Shown piece after piece: positions 51,827 through 64,000 of a stretch of 64,000 nt of DNA. Under the pieces are notes generated by a model. It did no database searches. It was given only the letters and a program-made list of their open reading frames with translations, and was not told the DNA's origin. Numbering within the stretch: the stretch's first letter is position 1; each line of letters begins with the position of its first letter. The translations under genes were made by a program, and so were the position numbers. Source of the stretch: Macrostomum lignano (taxonomy: Eukaryota); assembly GCA_002269645.1 (NCBI GenBank), contig NIVC01002525.1, positions 100,409 to 164,408 of the forward strand, read 5' to 3'.

Positions 51827-53318
51827 TACATTCTCCCAATCTTTCCTATCAGATACGGAATGTACATTCTCCCAATCTTTCCTATCAGATACGGAATGTA
51901 CATTCTCCCAATCTATCCTATCAGATACGGAATGTGCATTCTACCAATTTATCAGATGCAGAATGTACATTCTCCAAGTCTATCCTATCAGATACGGAAT
52001 GTACATTCTCCCAATCTATCCTATCAGATACGGAATGTGCAGTCTACCAATTTATCAGATGCGGAATGTACATCCTCCTGATCTATCTGATGCGGAATGT
52101 AGATTCTCCCAGTCCAAATCTATCAGACACGGAATGGTACGTTCTCCCAACTTATCAGATCCGGAATGTGACGTTCTCTCAGTCCCAATCTATCAGATTC
52201 GATAATTACAATCTCCCAACCTATCAGATACGATATGTACAATCTCCCAATCTATCAGATACGATATGTACAATCTCCCAATCTATCAGATGCAGAATGT
52301 ACATTCTCTCAATCTATCCTATCAGATACGGAATGTACATTCTCCCAATCTATCCTATCAGATACGGAATGTGCATTCTACCAATTTATCAGATGCGGAA
52401 TGTACATTCTCCAAGTCTATCAGATACGGAATGTGCAGTCTACCAATTTATCAGATGCGGAATGTACATTCTCCAAGTCTATCAGATACGGAATGTGCAG
52501 TCTACCAATTTATCAGATGCGGAATGTACATTCTCTTGTGCAGAGAAAGATCAGCAACAAGACACTCCTAGACCTGAAAAACTTCTCTAAGATTGACAGC
52601 CATTTTTCAGAGTAAAGAAACAATTTGCATACAGTTTGCTAGCTTGCTGAATGCAAATTAGCAAAGCAGTGATATTCTACATGTTTACCAAGCAGCATAT
52701 GCTTCAGCCAATTTTTTTACATAAGAATGTCCTACATTCAACTAACGAAAAAATGTTTAAAAACAGAATACAAACAATTTGAAAATTAGCGTTGTTATTC
52801 TATGTTGAACAATCTGAATAAAAAGGGATAGGTAAGGGGTTTAATGGCAATTTTTATGCGTTAAGGCTGAAAGCGAATTTGGGATTCCTTAGATACTTAG
52901 TTACTGTGTATTTATCGTATTAAATAATATCATAGTTTATATATCTGGGAAAAATATAATTTCAAACAAGATGATTAGGCTTGTCTTGACAATAAACTTT
53001 TAAGCACAATTTTGAGTTGTTACAACTGAAACTTATTATTTTAACTTCTAATTTATAGTACTTCTTATTATTTTGCAATCCTAAACTGGTTAGTGTTGCG
53101 AATGCAGACAGCCAAGTCTGTTAACTGACTAGTTGCTTTCAACAACTCAATAAACAATTTCTTTTATCAAAATAAAATAAAAAGAAGACACAGAATAACT
53201 AGACAATTGAAAACTGCAATAAATAATTCGAGTAAGAAATTTACAGCTTAAAAAGCGTTTAAAGCAATAAATATCTGCGCTACACTGGTCTAGTAATCCC
53301 CTAGCCGTGTCCTTCTCT

Positions 53319-53626
53319 AATAATAATAATAATTGATTTCACCTGCCCCAATTGGGCCAGATGTGCAACCGACAGCTCAGCCGCAGCTATTTGCGCAGCG
53401 CATCTGAAGGCTGCGTACGGCTGTTCAGTCCAAGGACTGGGGGGTCGCCACACACAGCCTCAGTTACCCCAGCTAATGCTGGCACCCATTTTACAGCTGG
53501 GTGAACTGAAGCAGTGCAGAGTTAAGTGACTTGCTCAAGGACACAAATTGTTCCAGTGGGATCGGGAATCGAACCCCCGACCTTCAAGTCGTGAGTCCGA
53601 CGCTCTAACCACTAAGGCTACAACCC
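53319..53626 (-). mobile_element. tRNA-derived CORE-like SINE, copy 2
   Basis: Reverse complement of the 8371 element, with an (ATT)n tail and flanking CCTTCTCT duplication at 53311-53318 and 53625-53632. Confidence 0.9.
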
Positions 53627-54774
53627 TTCTCTGCTAACCACCCGAAACTTGCAATAGCTATTAACAATAATGTATAAGCCTATAAATAATAATAAAAATT
53701 TAGATAGTAAACTTTGCTTCAATTTCTACTATGAGTAGAGTGGGACAAAATTTAAACATCAATGGCAACAAAAAGCCATGTACGAATATGTGCATGAGTA
53801 ACTGAAAGCAAACACAATTTACAGATAGCAATATAGATAGGAGTTTGATTGTGGCATAACTAAAACTGGGGACAATATAAAATTATAGATAACTAATTAC
53901 GAGTAAGAACCATGCTTTAGCCAGTGAGTAAAAATCAGATAAAATATTGTCCGAAGTGCTTACATCATATCAATGGTTAGAAAAATATTACCTCGTCATG
54001 GTGTCCTGTGAATTGAATATAAATAATTAAAAGACTTTCAATTGCTACAAAGCATTGAACATGATTATATTATGGCGACTCGGTAGATTGCAATATTGTG
54101 TGTGTACTGTTCTTATTAGCAGGATTGCGAATTGCGGACACAATAACAAATAAAAGTACACACAAAAGTACACACGCCAAAGGGCGAGCAATCGTTTAAA
54201 AACATTGGTACAATTTTTTGCAGCTTAAGCAAAAATAATATTTAGTTTGCACAATAAAAACACACAAAGAGTATCCCATTTATACATATTGCACCCAATA
54301 TTGTATAAACAAGCAATCAAAATCAAAATCGTATAGGAAAACTACTTATAGTAGCCGGAGAGAATATTTAAAGTAGAAAATACTTGCGGAAAATTGAAAA
54401 CGGAGCGAGCAAGGGTCAAGAAGGCTGCTTACATAGCTAGTAGCATATATATTTAGCATATAAAGATAAACATAACTTAAAAAGAAGCAGAGTTGTAGGA
54501 AATATGACTTTCATGTAAATAGAATACACTACTCAGTCACAAGTAGGCATGAGTAACTTCATGTATAATAATAATAATAAAACAATAAAACAAAGCGAAG
54601 CGCATTATGACAATAAAGGAACAAGCAAAGATGCAAATTGTACACTACTGTGATTATTCATTACTATAAGTAGGATGGGTGGCAGTAAGCACTTTATTGT
54701 ATTGTAATTTTGTACCTTAGCAAAGAAAACACATATATAGCATTTTACTGATCCTATCCAGAGTGCTTAGAGTA

Positions 54775-55207
54775 TTATCCCAGTCTGTAGTGTAGTGTCT
54801 GTAACAGGGAGTTATCCCAGTCTGTAGTGTCTGTAACAGGGAGTTATCCCAGTCTGTAGTGTAGTGTCTGTAACAGGGAGTTATCCCAGTCTGTAGTGTC
54901 TGTAACAGGGAGTTATCCCAGTCTGTAGTGTCTGTAACAGGGAGTTATCCTAGTCTGTAGTGTCTGTAACAGGGAGTTATCCCAGTCTGTAGTGTCTGTA
55001 ACAGGGAGTTATCCTAGTCTGTACTGTCTGTAACAGGGAGTTATCCTAGTCTGTAGTGTCTGTAACAGGGAGTTATCCTAGTCTGTACTGTCTGTAACAG
55101 GGAGTTATCCTAGTCTGTAGTGTCTGTAACAGGGAGTTATCCCAGTCTGTAGTGTCTGTAACAGGGAGTTATCCTAGTCTGTAGTGTCTGTAACAGGGAG
55201 TTATCCC
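54775..55207. repeat. 32-bp minisatellite (GGGAGTTATCCCAGTCTGTAGTGTCTGTAACA) 3' of Rab10
   Basis: About 13 copies. Confidence 0.95.
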
Positions 55208-55467
55208 GCTATTATATTAAAGTACACTGCCATATTAAAGCACAACAAGGGACCCAGAAACTCGTATTGGAAGCAAAAAAGTTATTAAAACAAGACAAGA
55301 GTTAAGCACGCATATATAAGAATCAAAACATTTAGCCAATCTACTAAAGTCCATATATCTCACTATTACAAGGGCCATAGAAGTATTATCATAAACATTT
55401 AACAGTTATAGTTGTTACAATATTGAACGCGCTCATCAAGCTCAAGCAGGGCTCTCGAGTCTCTCTC

Positions 55468-57341
<1,874 letters not shown>

Positions 57342-59160
57342 GTTTCTGTAGTCATGAATTGTAGCAGTTCAATTATAATTATACTTTTAATGCTTCAATA
57401 GTTATAACTGAAAGTATAAAAATCACTTCAATCCATACATCTAAGTGCTGTTAATAAAGTGTAAAAAGTGGTATTAAAACTTTAAAAAATTTAACTCTAA
57501 AACTAAATAAAATTATTTGAGAATGTATTTATAACACAAAACCAGGTTTGATTAGAATCAAATAATTTAGTATGAATGAAAATCCACTACTGTAACGCTT
57601 TAGTCATTTAATTTAAGTTTACAGTAATTAAGGTTTCATATTTCTTTTCAAAGAGAATAAAAACGAATCAATTTGCAAATAGAAGCAAACTAAGTCACAT
57701 TTTTGGTCAGAATCGAGTCACACAGCCAATGTAATTTTAGAGTTTGCACATATAGCCTGTATTGTAGGCTTAGGCCTATTCAATAAGCCAAGGTTGAAGG
57801 AAGTGATTATTCATCTGATATTAGACAAATGTTGCTTTTTGTTCCTAACTGAGTACATTGATTAGGACTTGGAACTTTGATCCTATCTGTGTCTTGCTAT
57901 CTATGCTATCTTGCTATTTATGCTAAGAGGGTATGATAGATCCCTTTGTATACCAAGTTATATGCCAATAGTATATTCTAAGTCCTGTTGTATCCTAGAA
58001 TTTTCTGGCATATATGTATACCCATCTAGAGTCTAGGTAATATGAACCAAAAAATGAAGAAATTAGACTATTAATAATAGTCACAATAGTTTTCCATAAA
58101 TATAAAACTATATAACTATTTAACACAAAACTGATTTCCATGTTTTTACAAAGTAAAAAATTTGAAATTTTAACAAAAATTCACAATTTTTTTGTATAGA
58201 GCCTATATAAAACTTTGTTTATACTTCTTATTTTCTTATTTCTTATCTTATTTCTTATTTTTAGTTTTTACCTTTATCTAGGCCAAATTTAAATCAAATA
58301 TTACTATCACTAATGTAGTACCATATTCCATAGTCTGGAAAATAAAGAAGCCTTTATGCTAGAAATTCCAGCATATTTTTGCTCTTGCTGACAATCTTAG
58401 TGTACACTTGGCATATAGAATTTTTAGGTTCAATATGAATTGTACATAGTCAGCATATTAAAAATAACCAAGTTTAGGGCTATCATGTAGTTAAATATCA
58501 ACAAACAAAAGCTTTTTTAAAATAATGGGAAACTAGAATTTAGAAAAAATATTAATACAATTTATAAAATTGTATTATTATATATTATTATATTAATATA
58601 TTATTATATTATATTATTAATATTAGTTCTTAGCAAAAACAAATGTTAAAGTTTAGTAAAACTATTTAATTTCTAATAATATATATGTTCTCTTAAATTA
58701 AGCCTAAAAAAATTGCACATAAACAATTCTGGGCTGTGTAATTTTTTAAAATTTATATTGGCCATGGCATAAAATAAAAAAACATGAATTTTCATTTTGG
58801 CTCTAGCATAGGCTTATGCTATGTAGGCTAGGCCTATGCCTAAGCCTACCATGATCCAGACTATGGGTATAATATTAGACTTAGTAGTAGGGCCTGACAT
58901 TTCAAAATTGACAATTTGGAGCTTTGTGTAAGGTAATGTATTAAGCGTACATTCATTGGCATGCACTACTATTTTATTTATAAAATGACTTTATTCATTG
59001 ATTTACCTTGGTACTGGCACAAATAAAAGCAACATTATCCATCTAATACTTGATGAATAGTCATTGCCTAGTTCTCGCAACTCTAGTTTATTTAGGCCTA
59101 ATATCTAGTGTTCGGCCTAGTGACCAGATTGAATTAGGCAATGGTCAATTTTAATGAATT

Positions 59161-59593
59161 GGCAATTGTTATTTGTCCAGTTAAATTGCTTAACATAAGT
59201 ATCTTATTTGCTTCATGATGAATATTCTAGATTTTTAAGACTTTTACTTGTATATTGATTAATATTTTCTTGTATTCTAGAGTATAAGCAAAGAATTTGG
59301 CATAATTTGGTGTATAAGACACACACTACACTAGTATAACAATGAATATAGGCCCCTAATAATCACGATACAAGTAGGCCTTAAGAAGTCTTTGAAGTCT
59401 AGTAATATTTACCCTTGTGGTTTTTATGAACTAGATATTTTAGCATTATCAATTTAACTGGACAAATAACAAAATGTCTTTTTGTCCAGTATTAACTGGA
59501 TGAATAGGAAAGCATGGTCAGCATCCGCCATCCAATAACTGGACAAATAACCACATCGCTATTTGTCTGGTCACCGGACAAATAACAACTGCC
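59161..59593. mobile_element. 433-bp MITE with ~20-bp TIRs and 9-bp TSD (MULE- or Merlin-like)
   Basis: Left end GGCAATTGTTATTTGTCCAG matches the reverse complement of the right end, GGCAGTTGTTATTTGTCCGG (18/20). TAATGAATT lies at 59152-59160 and 59594-59602. Subterminal ACTGGACAAATAAC repeats are present. Confidence 0.88.
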
Positions 59594-60058
59594 TAATGAA
59601 TTTGCATTACTACAGTAAACTAGGCTAGCTAAAGTAAAAATAACTATGCTTTAATCTAAGTCTAATACCTAAGACAAAAAGAAAATTTGACAGATTGACG
59701 ATGTGTGGCTACGACTAGGCCCTATGTCCTAGCCTATAGTCATAGCATAGCATAAGCCATAAGCCTATATTCCTATAAGGCATAATAAAGCTGGGCCTAA
59801 AACTAAAACTAAAAGTAGAAGATTGGGATAAAACAGTATACTATAGCCTCAGTGTAGCATGCATGCCATTGCATGGTAGGGCGATTTTGACTGCTCTGAT
59901 ATCAAGTTTTCATAATTCAATCTAACTCAAACTCCACTTTACTGCTACGACCCTCGTGTCGCGGATGATGGACTTCCTATAATGCAGATACACTACACTG
60001 TACATACTGTGGTAGTCGCCCTACCACTATGAACGATTGAATTTAATTTTAATAATAA

Positions 60059-60679
60059 TGTGGCAGGCGAGTTGCCACGAAGTAATTAATTTGCGAATTT
60101 TTCAATTTTGAATTTTTGCATGCTAGAGTTGAAATTTTGCGTTTTTCCGTTACTTGGAGTGATGTCACTCCCGACGTTGAATTTGCACGTTTCCCTCATT
60201 ATGCATTTGCTTACCCGACGCTGGACGAGAGCCGTAGTTTTTGTTTTTTTCCATGTGTTTAATGCCGCCCCGCTATATGCCCCTTTGCTTCCATGCAAGG
60301 ACTTCTAGACTTCTAGTCTAGAAGTCCTTGCTTCCATGTTTATGTCCAGCCGATGCTCCAATTTGGGAACCGTTATTCCTTTTGTATATTTAAACGCGAT
60401 GCAACATGATTTTCTGCAACCGCTGGCTTACCCTTCCTCTCCCCCGTCTCATCCTCGATCATAGTGTCGAGTCGATTAAGTAATTTTCAATTTATCCAGC
60501 CTGCTAAATAATAACGCAACTCAATAAACTTGAACTTCCTAAATAATTATCCGTTGAACCAAAAGCCATAGTATTTCTTGAGTCATTTGCCCGTGGGGCG
60601 TAAAATAACCAAGTTCTCAGCTCAAAGAAAGCTCCGAGACTGAATCGTTCCGTAATACGTAAATTACGGTGGTGGCAGC
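60059..60679 (+). mobile_element. Possible LTR with tRNA-Leu primer-binding site
   Basis: TG start at 60059, AATAAA at 60523 and a TAAATTACG end (CA decayed?). TGGTGGCAGC at 60670-60679 is complementary to the tRNA-Leu 3' end GCTGCCACCA. No partner LTR or gag was seen. Confidence 0.4.
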
Positions 60680-61339
60680 ACTACCCCGAAAGTAACTGAA
60701 AGTAACCAGCTCAGCAAATCTACACATTAAGCTACGGTGTCAGAATCTCCGGTGTTTCATCAATTGAACGGCCGCGCCGCTACAAGACCGCTCTGCTACG
60801 ATTACGACTACCCTCCCCCCGGACTTGAGAACCCGGCTGTCGGAGTAAAACAGGAGAAAGATTTCGTTGTGATTCTTCTGCGCGATTTCCGGCTTTATTC
60901 TTGCGAACGCAACGCCGATAGATTTTCGAAGAAAAACTCCAATTCAAAGCCCCAGTTCATTCAATTTTCTTTCTCCGCCCCCACCTCAATATTAACACTT
61001 TATGGACTCTAAATTTACGCTCTCCCCAATTTCTGGTCCCACCTGTCCACCCCGTGGCGCAAATAATGACGTATTTTTCTGCATGCCCTTTTTCTGTTTT
61101 TTATCGTCCCATTTTCTGGTCTTGTATGCCCCTTTTATGGTTATTTTGTTTTTCCCCGTGCGTTTCTGCGGAGTTTTTCCTTTACCATGTTCTGGACCCT
61201 GGTGTCCTCTGATCGCCCCTTCCCATTTTCTGGGCTACTTTGACCACTTTTTGCGCCTTGTTTGGGTATTAACCCCCGCCCTCTTGCGCCTGTCTCCCCC
61301 CCCATGCCTCTCCCGTTTTCCCTTTCCCGTTTCTCCTTC

Positions 61340-63860
61340 CTTGCTGATATGCAGTCGTTGGTCCGCCCGAAAAGAAAACAGAAGTGAGTCGAGTCAGTTT
61401 CCAACGACATTGTTGCGCTTGAGGTGGACGAGGACCGCGCTGAACGAGCGCTCCGGGCGGCTGACGCAGAAGGGAGGCACAGATTGTCCGCACGCAGCAA
61501 CCCCCAGAAACCGACCAGCAGGCAGCACCAGAAGGCCGCGCCGCGTCAGGATGTTGTGTCGATTTGGGATCTGAGATGCTGCAGCATGGCGGGGGTAAAG
61601 CCGACTTTCTGTCTTGCATGGGCGCCCCGTTGCCGTTTGACACCTTGAAGGGCGAGGCGCACTACTAGAGGATGGACAGTCGGGTCGGCCCCCCCCCCCA
61701 GCCAGCTTGTAGAGCCACGAAACCGCGTGCAGGTAGGTGGAGAAGCTGGCGAATGCGGCCAGGTGCTTGAGGTGTAGGTGAGAGACGTAGAGTGACACCG
61801 TCGGTCCGTCGGCCTCTAGAGGTTGCACGCTGATGTCGCTGCAGAAGCGCTCCCAACAGCTCAGCTGGGACCTGAGCTGGGCTCGTCTCGTATTCGGTGC
61901 ACGTGCCAGGGCTTGGTTGAGCAGCCGGTCTCGTTCCGTCCTCAGGGGCTCCGCTGCAGCTGCTGAACCTGTGAGAGGAGAGATTGACAGGAAGCAGCAG
62001 ACAGGGCGTGCGATGCGATAGCAGATGGGTCAATGTAGATAGTGCCATAGTAGCGAAATAAGAAATTAACTAGGCCATGCTTATGATTCAGGCGAGAAGC
62101 TGGCCGTCACTAAAAATTTGAAACCGGCCAGGGACATGAAACACCTCGGAGTAAATGCGGTGCTTCAGCGCGAGTAAAATAGCCGTGCGCATCATTTGGG
62201 GCTTGGCAGAGCCCTCGCGCAGCATCCCAGCCACAGACGAGTTGTCGGTGTAAAAAACGATGTGGAAGTTAGCTAGGTGCTCTTTAAAAAGGATAATAAA
62301 AAGCAGAGGCATCACACACTCCAGGTAGTTGATGTGCAGTCCATGAAGGGCACCACTAAAGTCAGCCAACCAGTTGGCATACATCCAGTCGGTCCTATAC
62401 TTCCGTCAGAAATGACAGCAGCGCCACCTGATAGGCAAGCGTCCGTCTCAACCACCAGCCGGTTCGTGAAGGCCGGCCACAGTTCGATTCCATGCATCCA
62501 GTTCGTCGCTGATCGCCAGAAAGGCAGTTGCTCACCAAGTTGACCTTTGATGCGCATCTTGTGGTGAGGCAAGTCCAAGCTGTTGGTCAGGTTGATGAGG
62601 CCAAAGTAACGATCTACCAGCGCGGGCGACCTCGCAGAACCAACCGATTTTACCACAGAGCTTCTGCAGTTGCTTTTTGCTGAGTCGCTTGCAAGAGAGT
62701 CAGGCGGCCTTCAGCCGTATCAATGTGGATGCCGAGAAAAACCATGGATTTGCTGGGTGGAGATAGCTTCTCCCTGTTGATTGAAAAACCCAGGCGGCGC
62801 AGCAGACTCAGAAGAGTGCTATAGGCTTCCTGGCAGGCTTCCAGCGTGCTCGCGGCAACGGCAAAGTCATCGAGGTAGTTGCAGATGACGTGGTACCCTC
62901 GCCGAACCATCATACGCTTAACGCTTAACGCTTCCGACAAGCGGTGGAAAATGTCGACGCTAGCGGCAAACCCGAAGCCGAGGCAGGTGTTAACTAGGTA
63001 CCTGGGCTCACTCTCGCCGCTGAAGGTCCACCGGAGTCCTGTGATGGAGTAGGCTGTAGAGCTGACGGGGCAGGAGCGGTAGGATTTGGTCAGATCGATT
63101 TTAGTCATAAACCAGCCCGGCTTCAGCTTCTTGGTAAACGCGTTGACAGTCGAAAAGCGAAGCTTCTTGTCCTGCTTAAAGTACTCATTGATGCTCCGGC
63201 CGCGAGGCAGACTGGCGTCGTGGATCAGCCGGAGACCTCCAGAGGACTTGGCCACCGCTCACAGGGGCTGACGATGTGCGGTTTATCCTTCACTAGCATG
63301 TATCTGTTGTTCTTCACTTCCTCCAGGATCAGTTTCTCAACTTGCTCACGATTCTCAGGACAAGTGGCGGATCTGTGGTTTTCTTCGCTAGCTGCGAGAC
63401 TGTTGCTCTGGTTGGTGATTTCGAAATCTCTTCTGATGCCGTTCAAGATGGACTCGGCGCCTGGATCCGACGATTGTGCAGCCCGGAGCAGGAAAGCGCA
63501 GCGCGGCTTCGGACATGGCTTGAGGGTTTAAAAGACTAAAAGTTTGAGGCTGGACCAGGGACAACTTAAGTTGTAGTTTTAGTTGTCCCTGGGCTGGACC
63601 CAGCTCGCTGACATCGATGACATCGAGGAGCTCGATGGCTGGCCCCCGTACTCAGTTTTTTGTAGCTTGTGCACCCGACTCATGCGCACAGGCCGGGTGG
63701 TTGCTTTGCAGACTCGGCAGATATGTTGGAAATGGCAGGCCTTGCTCAAGCTTGTTTGTCGGCGTTGAAATTGTTGCAGATGGATCGATTCGCTGGATAT
63801 TGCGAAGTCTTGGACTTCAACAGTCTTGGGCGGCAGCAGCGCCCTCTCGCGCTGAGCTGA
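61340..63860 (-). mobile_element. Decayed DIRS/Ngaro-type tyrosine-recombinase retrotransposon (gag zinc finger, RT, RNase H, truncated YR)
   Basis: Gag-type Cys/His finger IC..FN..C....CHFQHICRVC (~63670-63790). RT RLIHD..KIDL..YR..LGFG..YLDDF..LG (63255-62650). RNase H TDA..HINYLE..TDN..HVPG. YR N-terminus (WERFC..TYLHAVSW..GVKR..FWGLLRADN). Multiple frameshifts; the YR C-terminal catalytic motifs were not found. Confidence 0.9.
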
Positions 63861-64000
63861 GCAACGTATATATAAAACACACGCACACCGGGATTAGGGG
63901 TTTGAGTCAGAGCACGTACGTACAGCGCGTATAAAACAAGCACGAGTACAAGGTCGGGGCGATAAAAAGAGGGGCAGCGGCAGGTCACTCAGCCATTAAA

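Larger units (their letters stand above)
50070..52535. repeat. 31-36-bp minisatellite (ATCAGATGCGGAATGTACATTCTCCCAATCT) interrupted by a mariner
   Basis: The same unit family lies on both sides of 50509-51826. Confidence 0.93.

Noticed and set aside
59874-60025. 11-bp inverted repeat TGGTAGGGCGA / TCGCCCTACCA as a MITE
   Set aside because: No target-site duplication was found.

Overview
Eukaryotic (animal) genomic DNA. GC-rich exons with poly-Q/poly-A tracts and introns packed with minisatellites suggest a Macrostomum-type flatworm (inference, not shown by the sequence). Five intact spliced genes were reconstructed by hand with phase-consistent GT-AG introns: a MAM-like single-pass membrane protein (+), p190RhoGAP (+, 8 exons), a 4xSH3 adaptor (-), a Bcl-2-family protein (-) and Rab10 (-). 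Mobile DNA comprises a decayed full-length mariner, a 5'-truncated RNase H-bearing LINE with a 13-bp TSD, two copies of a CORE-like tRNA SINE, two MITEs with TSDs, a decayed DIRS/Ngaro tyrosine-recombinase retroelement and a possible LTR+PBS. The most striking structure is that essentially every intron is filled almost end to end by its own private minisatellite. One intron carries two related arrays in inverted orientation at its two ends, and several arrays outside coding introns are also bracketed by splice signals. Most long ORFs in the supplied track are repeat artefacts. Array boundaries are approximate.
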